Below are positions 11,076 to 20,912 of a DNA stretch of 64,000 nucleotides, in pieces. The number at the start of each line of letters is the position of its first letter. Position 1 is the first letter of the stretch. The DNA lies in contig NC_086097.1 in NCBI RefSeq assembly GCF_963921235.1, forward strand, positions 227,046,001 through 227,110,000, read 5' to 3'. The position numbers and the translations under genes were made by a program. The notes beneath the pieces are model-generated. The model saw only the letters and a list, made by a program, of their open reading frames with translations, had not been told where the DNA came from and did no database searches. The stretch comes from Mobula hypostoma. Lineage: Eukaryota.

Positions 11076-12710
11076 CTAATCCCCACATATTTCATCTCTC
11101 TCCTGTTCGTCTTGCGTGTCTTGTAGACTGCACGAATACATCATCGGTGTCTCCTTCTCCGTAGGGCTCGACCCAACAATTTCCAGGAGCATCGGAAACC
11201 GTTTCATTGCAGCACGCACTACAAGCAACTTGAGGCATGGAAGAAAACAGCACAGAATGACCGCACAGCTTAGCAATACAATACCAATGGTTACTGCAAT
11301 CTTGGTCAGCCATGCTCCCCACCCTCCTAGTTTACTATTTAACCAGTCAAAGAACTGGTGTCCAAACCCTGCATTTTGTTTAACTTCCTTTCTTAGATTT
11401 TTCAGTTTATTCATTGCTCTGGTAAACGATCCCTCCGGACTAGTGTTATTCGGTATAAAAGTACAGCACTGTTCCCCAAACATTACACAAACTCCTCCTT
11501 TCTCTGCCAATAGCCAGTCTAGTACCTGTCTATTTTGCCACGCCACTCTACTGGTTGCATCTAGCTGCTGTCCCAAAGCCTCTAGTGCATCATCGGTGTA
11601 GTTAATGAATCTCTGTTGATTATAATATATATAATTTATCCATTCAACATTTTTACTAATCCTTATTACAGGTATAAGTGCTTCCCAGCCCGCAGCAATC
11701 TCATTTCTTGCCTTAAACTCGTTAGGTATACCCCTCGGCTGTCCTATACTGTCGATCCGAATCGTCAGGTCAGGCTCATATTTTCTCTTCCTCCGTTTTA
11801 GTGTCTGTTGCCTCGAGGTGTCAAACTGTATTTCAGGGGATACTACAACTTCTTGAATCAGCATAATACGCGTACATGTAGCCGCCCAATTAAGGGGAAG
11901 CGTGGATCTCAGACCCTCCTTCTGTCCACACAGCCACCAGGTATCTGCTAACGGGATGGTCTGGGAGTTCAGTGCATCCTCAGGCGGAGGGGTACCTGTC
12001 TGGGGGTACCTTTGGCCTGGGGTTACATCCCAAATCTTAACACAGTTGCTGCTGAAATGCCCAACCGAGAGGTCACCCGTCCGCGTGAAACATTCAAGTC
12101 TTAAATGTTCCTGCATTTTAAGCTTTCCCAATGTGGGTGTCTGGCTTCTTTTATTTATAGTCCACGGTCTGCTGTAATTACAGTTCGAGGCAAGCTTGTT
12201 TCGATCAAACTGCGAGGAAGCCTGGTATAACATACACCAATAAGGGCACATCGGTGTGTTATCAATACATTTCTGATAACAAGGATCCGTCCCGCTACAA
12301 ATTCCCATACTGCAAGTCTTGACTACACTTGGACACTGCCGCGCACCCTGCCCCCTCCGCTCCTTTCGCCATTGCGTGCAGGTGGAGGAGTTATAAGACA
12401 TGGGGGCTACGTATTGCACTGGACTTGCCCTTGAGCATAGATAACAATTCTGTTTCTTCATCATCCCTGCTGTATAATTTGCCCATTGGTACCACATGTT
12501 CTGGTACCATGGTACGGAGGTAACCATTGTGCTCCTCTGACTCCTTTCTCTCAGGTTTTGTGGGATCCTAACATTCCCATGCCACATCTGCCAAATTAAT
12601 GGTCTCCAAATCTGCACAAGAGTATCTGAGTGTATCATCCCGGGGGGCGGGACTGGTCGCCCACAAGTTGTCCCCATTATCTGAAAGAGTACTAACATCC
12701 ATAATCCCAT
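11076..12710 (-). CDS. env: Intact retroviral envelope glycoprotein, 544 aa, gamma-type
   Basis: ATG at 12710 with signal peptide MGLWMLVLFQIMGTTCG; SU CXXC (CYLC); furin site KRRKR (11784-11798); ISD-like WQNRQVLDWLLAEKGG; CX6CC (CVMFGEQCC); TM helix IAVTIGIVLLSCAVILCCFL; no internal stop. Confidence 0.93.
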   Translation of the reverse strand: MGLWMLVLFQIMGTTCGRPVPPPGMIHSDTLVQIWRPLIWQMWHGNVRIPQNLRERSQRSTMVTSVPWYQNMWYQWANYTAGMMKKQNCYLCSRASPVQYVAPMSYNSSTCTQWRKERRGQGARQCPSVVKTCSMGICSGTDPCYQKCIDNTPMCPYWCMLYQASSQFDRNKLASNCNYSRPWTINKRSQTPTLGKLKMQEHLRLECFTRTGDLSVGHFSSNCVKIWDVTPGQRYPQTGTPPPEDALNSQTIPLADTWWLCGQKEGLRSTLPLNWAATCTRIMLIQEVVVSPEIQFDTSRQQTLKRRKRKYEPDLTIRIDSIGQPRGIPNEFKARNEIAAGWEALIPVIRISKNVEWINYIYYNQQRFINYTDDALEALGQQLDATSRVAWQNRQVLDWLLAEKGGVCVMFGEQCCTFIPNNTSPEGSFTRAMNKLKNLRKEVKQNAGFGHQFFDWLNSKLGGWGAWLTKIAVTIGIVLLSCAVILCCFLPCLKLLVVRAAMKRFPMLLEIVGSSPTEKETPMMYSCSLQDTQDEQERDEICGD

Positions 12711-15700
12711 CCTTAGGGTCTTCGGGCCTGTCTTCAGGACCAAAAATTTCCCTTATTACTTGGTCCAGTTCCTGCAGTTCAGTGTCAGCTTCTTGTTGCT
12801 CTTGTCTGTCCCCTACTGTTTGTTCCTCTTCACCACTTACCTCGGGCGGCCCACCTGACTGTACCTGCGGGATTGCTCTAGTGCAGTGATTGAGATGATA
12901 CCAGGTGGAGCGTCCTTCCACTTGAACTGTTTTGGGTGGTGCTTTGGTTACTATAAAGGGCCCTTCCCTTCTGGGTTTGTTCTACTTTCTTTGAAACGCT
13001 CGCAGATAGACCTGATTGCCTGGCTTGATTGGTCCTTCCCCTTGATCGATCTCTGGCTCTTTCTGTTTTTCCTGTGCATAAATAGACTTATGTATCATAG
13101 TTAATTGCCGCATGTAATGTTTTAATTCCAACTCCAATCGTTCTAAACTAGGCCCTTTATATGGTCCTCTCCACTGGGGCACTGGCATGGGCCTTCTGGT
13201 TAGCATTTCATGCGGTGTTAAGACATGTCATCCGATTAGTCTGCATGCGGTAACCCATCAATGCTAACGGTAGTGCATCAACCCAGTTGAGTTTAGTATC
13301 TGCACAGATTTTGTTTAGTTTGGCTTTTAAGGTCCCGTTAGTTCTTTCCACCATACCCTGCGACTGAGGGTGATACACACATCCGAATCTTTGCTTTATT
13401 CTCAGTGCTTGCAGTATTAACTTGACCACGTTTTGGATGAAAGCTGAACCATTGTCTGAGCTAATTTCTGTCGGTATCCCAAACCTTGGGATCACTTCGT
13501 TTGTCAGGAATTTCACCACTGTTCCTGCCCTTTGATCTTTCGAGGGTACTGCCTCTATCCATCTGCTGAATCTGTCGATTACCACCAACATGTATCTTTT
13601 CCCTCTTACTGTTTTTATCATGTCTACATAGTCAATCACTAGGTGTTTAAATGGCCCTTCAGGTACGGGTATATGACCTATTGGTGTTGTAATTCCTTTC
13701 CGAACATTATTCTGCGTGCATACCTCGCATTGTGACAATACATGGTCTACTGAAGCCTGTAAATAAGGCGACCAAAATCCATCCTTTTTTATTTTCCTTA
13801 CTACTTCCCCCCTTGCACAATGATCCATCCCATGTGCTTCTGAGATCAGGATAGTCAGTAAAGGGGTGGGAGCTACCAGTCGGCCATCTTCCGTGGTCCA
13901 TAGGCCTTCTGGGTTCTGCTTGGCCCCCCTTCATCTCCACAGTGTTTGTTCTGCCACAGTTGCCTTTTTCTGTATTTCAATTAGGTCCTCTACCATAGGT
14001 TCCGGCTCTAGACTTACCTGGGGTGCGATAACAGCGGATGTACACCCAGACACTTTCCTGGCTGCTTCAACTGCAGCTTGATTTCCCTTTGTTACTGTAT
14101 CGTTTCTTTTTTTATGTGCCTGGCATTTTACTATAGCCAGTGCTTTAGGTTTCATCAGTGCTTTTATTAGATCTAAAATTTAAAAACCTCTCTGTTTCCA
14201 CACTGCCCCAAACAAATGACACACTCCATGAGCATATGCTGAATCTGTATAGATATCTACTTTCTCTCCTTCCATCATTTCACACGCGGCCGTCAAAGCT
14301 CTGATTTCCGCTAGCTGGGCGGAGCACGGTTGGGGACATGCCTCTATTCTGATGACCTTGAAATCTGCATGATCCTGTTGCACTACTGAGAACCCTGCGT
14401 GATTCCCATCGTGATCCCTGTAGCAAGAGCCATCCACGAACAGGACCTTTTTATCTTCGTCCTCTAATGGTTCTGATCGTAAATCTGCTCTCAATTTAGC
14501 GAGTGTCATTGTTTTCCCTACACAATCATGGGGTTCTCCTTCATACCCTAAAGGGACATAATCAGCTATGTTACTGGTGGTGCATCTCTGTATAGTTATA
14601 TCTGGAAATGTCAGTAGCGTCTGATATGCTGCTATCCTGGCTGGTGTCAACATGAATTTCCCTCTTTCCAGTAATTCTGCTACCTTGTGGTGTGTGTACA
14701 GAATCACAGGATAGCCCATGGTTATGGATGATGCCTTTTCATATGCATAGTATAGTGCCGCCAATCCCTGGTAACAAGGTGGGTACCCCTGAGCCACCTC
14801 ATCCAGTTTCACACTGTAGTATGCTATCGGTTGCTTTGCTTTACCTGTGCCAGTCTCCTGCATTAGAACTGCAGTGGCATAACCTTCCTGCCGGTTGGAT
14901 ATGTACAGATGAAAGGCCTTCTCGTAGTCAGGCAAAGCTAATGCTGGGGCTGACTGCAATTCCTGCTTTATAGTATTGAAAGCCACTTCCGCCTCCTCAT
15001 TCCACTGTAGATTATTCCTCAAGCTTGTATGTCCTGTTTCCTTCATTATTTTCCTTAGTGGCGTTACAATTTCAGCATATTCCCCAATCCAATCTGAACT
15101 ATATCCTGTCAGTCCCAGAAACGTCATCATCTGTCTCACTGTCTGGGGCTTGGGAGCTTTAGTTACAGCCTCAATTTGATTCGGCGCTATCGCCTTCGCT
15201 CCCTTTGATATCACTCTACCTAGGTATTCTACCTGTTGCTTGCAAAATTGCCGCTTCTTTCTAGATACCTTATGCCCTCCACGCGCCAGTCTCTCTAAAA
15301 GGGTTATGGTAGCCTGTTCACACTGTCCCTCACTTTCGGAGCAAATCAACAAATCATCCACATACTGTATCAATGTACTTTCCAGCGATATGCCCTCTAG
15401 GTCCGCCTTTAACACTTGATTAAATACGTGTGGTGAATGTTTAAATCCTTGCGGCATTCTAGTGTAAGTATACTGGTTGTCTCTGTATGTAAATGCAAAT
15501 AGGTACTGACACTGATCTGCCAGGGGAACGCTGAAAAAAGCCGAACACAAATCAATCACTGAAAAATAGTCTGCCTGGAACATTGACTGGTGGAACATTA
15601 GTCAAGAGCGTGTGTGGGTTGGGAACTACCGCTGGCCAGTCCTCCACTACCTCATTCACCGCTTGCAAGTCATGCACCAGTCTCCATTTAGATTTATCCG

Positions 15701-16880
15701 CTTTAAGGACAGGTAACAGTGGGGTATTACAGGGGCTGTCTGTCCTTTTGAGTACTCCTGCCTCCAGTAGCCCCTGTATCGTTGGCACTATTCCCTCTTC
15801 TGCCTCTAGTTTCAAAGGATATTGTGGTCTCCTGGGTGGAGCTGCTCCCTTTTTCAGCTTTATTTCTACCGGACTGGCTGTTCTTATTTTCCCTACATCC
15901 ATGTCAGGTTGTGACCACAGAATAGATGGTAACCTATTCAGCCTGTTATCTTTCTGCTGGCCTTCCTCCTTACCCAATAATGTCAGGTGTGGTTGGGGAG
16001 TTACTTCGACCTCCTTTGTTGTTCCTACTATATCTATATCTAACCTCTATTTTAAAGTAGTCGTTATCTCCCGATACCCACACCTGTGGCATAATCTTCC
16101 TCCATACCGCTACGGTTCCAGCGCGCTTTACTAAGGGTCCTAGGTCTTTAGACTGATGTCCCTCATTTACTAGCAGCGTTATGTGGGGCTCAGCTTCCGG
16201 TATCCTGTACCATTTCTCCAAGAAGGTATTCCACCTGACTTGCAGGGCTGCCCCTTGTCCATAGCTTCTCCTCTTAGGTGCTGCCGGTTGCCTGCCTCCT
16301 TGTGCCATCTCTCCTCTAGCTCTTTGGTCTGAGTTTCGTCAAAAATCACTGTGCAATGTAACTCGGATTTGGGCGCTGCGGCCTGGGGCAATATAGCCTG
16401 CACGCCCTTTTTCCATTTTTCCCAGATCTGATCTTCTATGTCTCCTATCCAAAAGACATTAGCTTTCTTGACTTCCCGCACTAGTAATTGAGCATTTACT
16501 CTTTCCACACTCAACCCACTCCTGGTACATTCTAATTTTAATTCTAGTTTTAATAGGGCATCTCTGCCTAGCAAATTCACCGGAGTTCCTTTGGACACTA
16601 ATATTGGCAAAACTATTCCTTTGCTGCCCATCCTTAATCTCACTGGAGCTGTACATTGTGTCAACTGTATTTTTCCCGAGAACCGTACAGTCTTAATAAA
16701 TTTTCCTGACATGGGAAGGTGAAGGGCATACTGCGGCTGTACGCAAGTATACGTGGCTCCAGTATCTATCATCACTGGTGTTAGCTGCCCTTCTAACACA
16801 ACCTGAACAATGGGTTCCTCCTCTGCCTCCCTTGTTATCACTGGGTAGTGTCCCTTCCCACCTGGGTTCTCTGGGCACCC
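12568..16880 (-). pseudogene. pol: ERV pro-pol: aspartic protease, 2H-like domain, RT, RNase H, integrase (several frameshifts and stops)
   Basis: IDTGA and LLGRD (protease); PQGF and YVDD (RT); FVDGS, AQLAE, YTDS (RNase H); H..H/CEVC and IDY..SDNG..GMVERTN (integrase DDE). Split over about eight ORF pieces. Confidence 0.95.
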
Positions 16881-19065
16881 CTAATGTCTTGCATAGGGGT
16901 TCACGGGTCCATTCGGCCCTGCGTGGTCTGGTTCTTGGCTAGACTGTGGTTCCCCTCTCATTGGTTCCCGCTGGTACGCGACGGCCTATGGCTTAAGTGG
17001 GCAGTCCCTTCTCATGTGTCCTGGCTGGTTACATCCCAAGCACAGTCTCTGTATCTCTCTTCCCCCCTGTTTCCTTACTGGTCCTTCCTGCCCATAACCT
17101 CTCTGCCCCCCTCCTTGGGATTTCCAGTCCTGTCTGGGCTGCTGTTTAAATTTATCCTGTCCCTGATAGGGCATTTGTGGAAAAGCACTCCCAAAGACGT
17201 TTATTATTGGCATGGGATTTTCTGGGCTCTGTCTTACGGCACGACCGGTCCCTCCATATAATGGCATTTCATTCATTTCAACGGCTGTGCTTAAATCGAT
17301 CACTGCTGGCAGCATCTTCTTGCCTTTTTCTTTTTCCTTCTTTTTAAGTTCTTCAAGCTGCATTTGTATCAGCTTTCTTTGCACTTCTTCTTGCTGCTCA
17401 GTCAACTTTCGTTTGTCTTTTCGATATTTTTCGACTGCATGGACTACGTGGTCCCTGAATTCCTGTGGGGTTATTGACATCAGTCCAACCACTTCCTCAA
17501 GTTTAGACTCAACTTGGGGAGGCATCGCATCCAAAACAACATTTTGGAACATCCAGGTCATAAACGGGTTGCCTTCCACTTCTTGTTCAGTTTCCAGTCT
17601 CCACCTTTTCAACTGATTTTCTATATAGGCTGCTGGATTTTCAGTGTCTCCCAGTGTATCCCCTTTCATGGCTTTGGGGTCCATTTTGGGTGGATAGAGC
17701 TCCCTGAGGGCCCCCCATACCCTCTGCCTCACTGTGTCAAATCTGGCCCCGTCAATCAGTGTGCTGTCCGCATTCTGTATGCCAGCCGCTTCCATCAACC
17801 CTTGTAGTTTGGAGGTTCCCATCAGCCTTATCAGCAGCGCCTTTAAATCTCCCATAGCCAACATTTGTCCCGTAGTTTCTTCCTCAAAGGCCCTAATCCA
17901 CTTCCCTGCACCCTCATGTAGGCTGGGCAGGGTGTTTTTCAGCCCTTCCAGGTCCTGGGATCCCCAAGGAATATACTGTACTTGTCCCAATCCTTTTACT
18001 AACAACGGCATCATTCTCCCTTTCCTTTCCCACATCTCCTGACTCTCCACCTCGCCTGACTCCCCATCTGTTTCTGAGCACGTTTTCACTGGCTGCCACA
18101 TGATTCTTTCCGGGGTTTCCTTTCTCCCTTAGCCTCCACGTGGAGTTCTTCCTTTCTGCCTTGAGCTAGCATTTGCTTTGGCCCATGCAAAATCCTCAAA
18201 CTCTCTTTGGAAATTCAGTCTCCGCTGTAATTCCCTAATCTCTCCCTCTGTTTCTAATATCTGCCTTTTCACTCTCTCTTTTTCACCTTCAAGGCTCCTA
18301 TCTCCTATCCTCTGCCTACACTGTCTCATACCCTCTCTTTCGCTACTTAACTCTTGCTCTCCCGACAAGTCTCCTTCTGCTCTGGCCTGTTCAGTTCCGT
18401 GCCCATATAACAAAGATTTCTCTTCATTCCTTTTCGCTTTTAATTCCTGTAACCCTTTGATCTCTTCTTCTATTTCCCTTTTCTCCTGTTCTATCTTTGC
18501 CCTGTCTTCTTCTATTACCTTCCGTAATTCCTCCTGCTCCTTTTCGTGATTCTTTCTTTCCTCCTCGATATCCCAGATTTTAATTTCTCCATTTAGATCC
18601 ACTCTTCCTGTTATCATCGGACACTGCTTAAGGCTTTCTTTCTCATAATAGGGAGGAGGTTTTTCTACGACTTTCAGGTCTGGGTATAGAGCCGGAGCTG
18701 GCTCCCTGTTATGCTTCTCCTTTTCTTTATCAGACTGCTCGTTTCGTTTCTCAGTGTCTTTTTTACTTACTATTAATATACTTCCCGTCTTTCTTAACCT
18801 TTCCCTCCATCCTAAAGAGTTTTAACACTTCCATTTCTTGTTCCCTTTTTCCCTCTCTTTCCTTAGATTTATCTTTGGGTTTGTGATTTTTAATTAGCGC
18901 TTCCATTTCCTCACATAAGCTTACATCAAACGTTCCTTCTCTTGGCCATTTCATGACCAGTTTCTTAGTTCTTTTTTCCCATTTTTCTGAAATTTCCGCG
19001 AACTTACCTTGACACACCGGGAATTTTCTGCTCAATATTTCTACTGCTGTTCCTTTCTCTGTCAT
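16881..19065 (-). pseudogene. gag: ERV gag (disrupted)
   Basis: ATG at 19065; WPREGTFD matrix-like motif; LYPDL and PPPY late domains (18648-18689); capsid-like region; one CCHC knuckle CLGCNQPGHMRRDC; terminal TAG at 16881-16883 in frame with pro. Confidence 0.9.
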
Positions 19066-19223
19066 GTTGTTCTCTTTTTCCTTTTTCTATTATGGTATTT
19101 TTAGAATCTCACGACTTGCCTATTTAATAATATTATTTTTCTAACTCTATTTCTATGCCTAGCCTTATGGTTTATCTCACCAGCGTCTGAATTACCTATT
19201 AAACTATCTTTATCCCTTATTAT

Positions 19224-19630
19224 GTTCTGCCCGTGCAGACCCCTACTTAGGGCGGTAATCACAGAACCTTTTACACCTCGCCTATGCAGGCCCTTACACT
19301 TCTTAAGGCGGTATACACGAGGATTTTTAATTTGCACCTCGCCTATGCAGACCCTTACACTTCTTAAGGCAGTATTCACGAAGATTTTTAATTTGCACCT
19401 CGCCTATGCAGACCCTTACACTTCTTAAGGCGGTATTCACGAGGATTTTTAATTTGCACCTCGCCTATGCAGACCCTTACACTTCTTAAGGCGGTATTCA
19501 CGAGGATTTTTAATTTGCACCTCGCCTATGCAGACCCTTACACTTCTTAAGGCGGTATACACGAAGATTTTTAATTCTCCTTCCCTGCCTGTTCAGACCT
19601 TCGTTTCGTGCGAAGCGTTATCCACAGGGA
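19224..19630 (-). repeat. Tandem array in the ERV 5' leader: five near-identical 61-bp units plus two divergent flanking units
   Basis: Units start at 19274, 19335, 19396, 19457 and 19518 (period 61). Divergent units at 19224-19267 and 19582-19630. Confidence 0.95.
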
Positions 19631-19957
19631 CTTACCAACACCACGTGGAATTTTCTTACTTAACTTATTATTACTTTATTCTTACTTACCCCCACCGCCG
19701 TGCTCTTGATTAATCCTCTGAGCCTCCTTTTATCCCCAATTCTGCCAGATTCTTTGAATCGGAGAGACCCATCGGCAGTTGCTTCACACTTCTGAGTCCC
19801 CGAGACCCCCCAAAACCAACAGAAAGTCCGAATTATCGCAAAAAGCGCTCACCTTTTTACTTCAGGTGCACCCTTAATTCTGTTAGCCCCGTGAGGGTCC
19901 CCGAGAGACCGGGAAGCGTCCCAATCTGCTGTTCCCTTCCTCGCAGGTCTCTATCCG

Positions 19958-19975
19958 ATCCTGTTCGTGACGCCA
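19958..19975 (-). promoter_or_regulatory. Primer-binding site, tRNA-Ser(CGA)-type
   Basis: Minus strand TGGCGTCACGAACAGGAT, 4 nt from the 5' LTR. Complementary to ...ATCCTGTTCGTGACGCCA, the 3' end of a vertebrate tRNA-Ser(CGA) as I recall it. Confidence 0.8.
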
Positions 19976-19979
19976 ATTT

Positions 19980-20566
19980 TGTCGTGGTTTCTTGTTTCTC
20001 ACAAACGACAAGGAGACGCAGAAAACTCGTCAAGACATTTTAAACTTTAATTTGCAAATCAAAGCTGAGACAATCAGAAAGCTAGTAGCTGACTGTCCAT
20101 CGAGGCTTGTATACAACATTTTTTATAGTTATTTCCTATCTTAGCTACATTATCATATCCAGTCGGCCTATGATTACATATCATCAATATATCCGCTCTC
20201 AACTTTCCACTATTGTTTTACTCCTCAACTTAATTATGTCCTAGTTTACATTTTAGACCAGGTGTCCTCTCAACCCTAACCACAGTTAATTCTTAATTAG
20301 TCTTGTGTTGACATACTGCCACATAGTTTATCACCTTACTCGCCATCGTTATCTTTCTACTTGGTTTCATTCTAGTTCTCTTCATGAATTAATAGTGATT
20401 AGGTCAAAAGTCATGGCTACATAGTGAATACCTTCTATTGAGCTAGCAGTGGTTACATAGTAAATATAGAAAATACAATGTGTGCATTTGAGTAAATACT
20501 GAAATACTGTTGAGTAAATACTGTAATACATAGAAAATACAATGTATGCGTTTACATTTTCTAATA
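19980..20566 (-). repeat. ERV 5' LTR with TATA box (20121-20127) and ATTAAA poly(A) signal (20046-20051)
   Basis: Direct repeat of 10261-10847. TATAAAA and ATTAAA on the minus strand in U3-R order. Duplicated motifs in U3 (tagaaaatacaatgt x2, ttgagtaaatactg x2). Confidence 0.95.
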
Positions 20567-20912
20567 TGACCCACAAATACACAAGCAAATAACTGTATAA
20601 ACCAAGCTAAAATGAACTGGAACTTCCCACCATAATCCCGCAAAAACATTTTAATAGAAGTACAATAAACAGTACTGGTCATTAGAAATGCAGGGGCGGT
20701 CTGTCGACCCCTCCCTCCCCCAAGAACGTCACAATATTCTGAACAGAAGTCAACAGAGAACTTGTTTACTCCAAATAAATTGCATGGTAAAACATTTTGT
20801 ATTTTTGTTAGGTGAATACTTGAAAAATATAATTCACATCGTAATGAATGATGAAAGAGATACCAATGAAATAGATTAATGTTATTCTTCTGAAAAGTAT
20901 ATTTACATTTTA

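Larger units (their letters stand above)
10261..20566 (-). mobile_element. Full-length endogenous retrovirus, class I (fish epsilon/gamma-like): LTR-PBS-leader-gag-pro-pol-env-PPT-LTR
   Basis: Two direct LTRs; 4-bp TSD TGAC (10257-10260 and 20567-20570); PBS; gag, pol and env motifs in retroviral order. Confidence 0.97.
10086..20733. mobile_element. Solo LTR (~340 bp, probably Gypsy-type) split by the ERV into 10086-10260 and 20567-20733
   Basis: Begins TGTGGTG and ends CGTCACA (imperfect inverted termini). 4-bp TSD ATAT at 10082-10085 and 20734-20737. AATAAA on the minus strand near 10145. Confidence 0.7.

Noticed and set aside
11116..18549. Plus-strand ORFs antisense to env, pol and gag
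   Set aside because: Typical shadows of the coding strand, mostly with non-ATG starts and no motifs.
19274..19576. CRISPR-like array next to an RT gene
   Set aside because: Units are contiguous 61-bp repeats with no unique spacers and no cas genes, inside a retroviral leader.
19274..19576. Resemblance of the repeat (GAATACCG..CTG..TAGGC) to the 5S rRNA 3' end, or to hammerhead/HDV ribozymes
   Set aside because: The match is short and gapped. There is no CUGAnGA/GAAA core and I could not build an HDV-type nested pseudoknot.
19101..19713. Short ORFs across the leader (19101-19379, 19222-19428, 19528-19713) as accessory genes
   Set aside because: They are translations of a repeat whose period is not a multiple of three, with no recognisable motifs.
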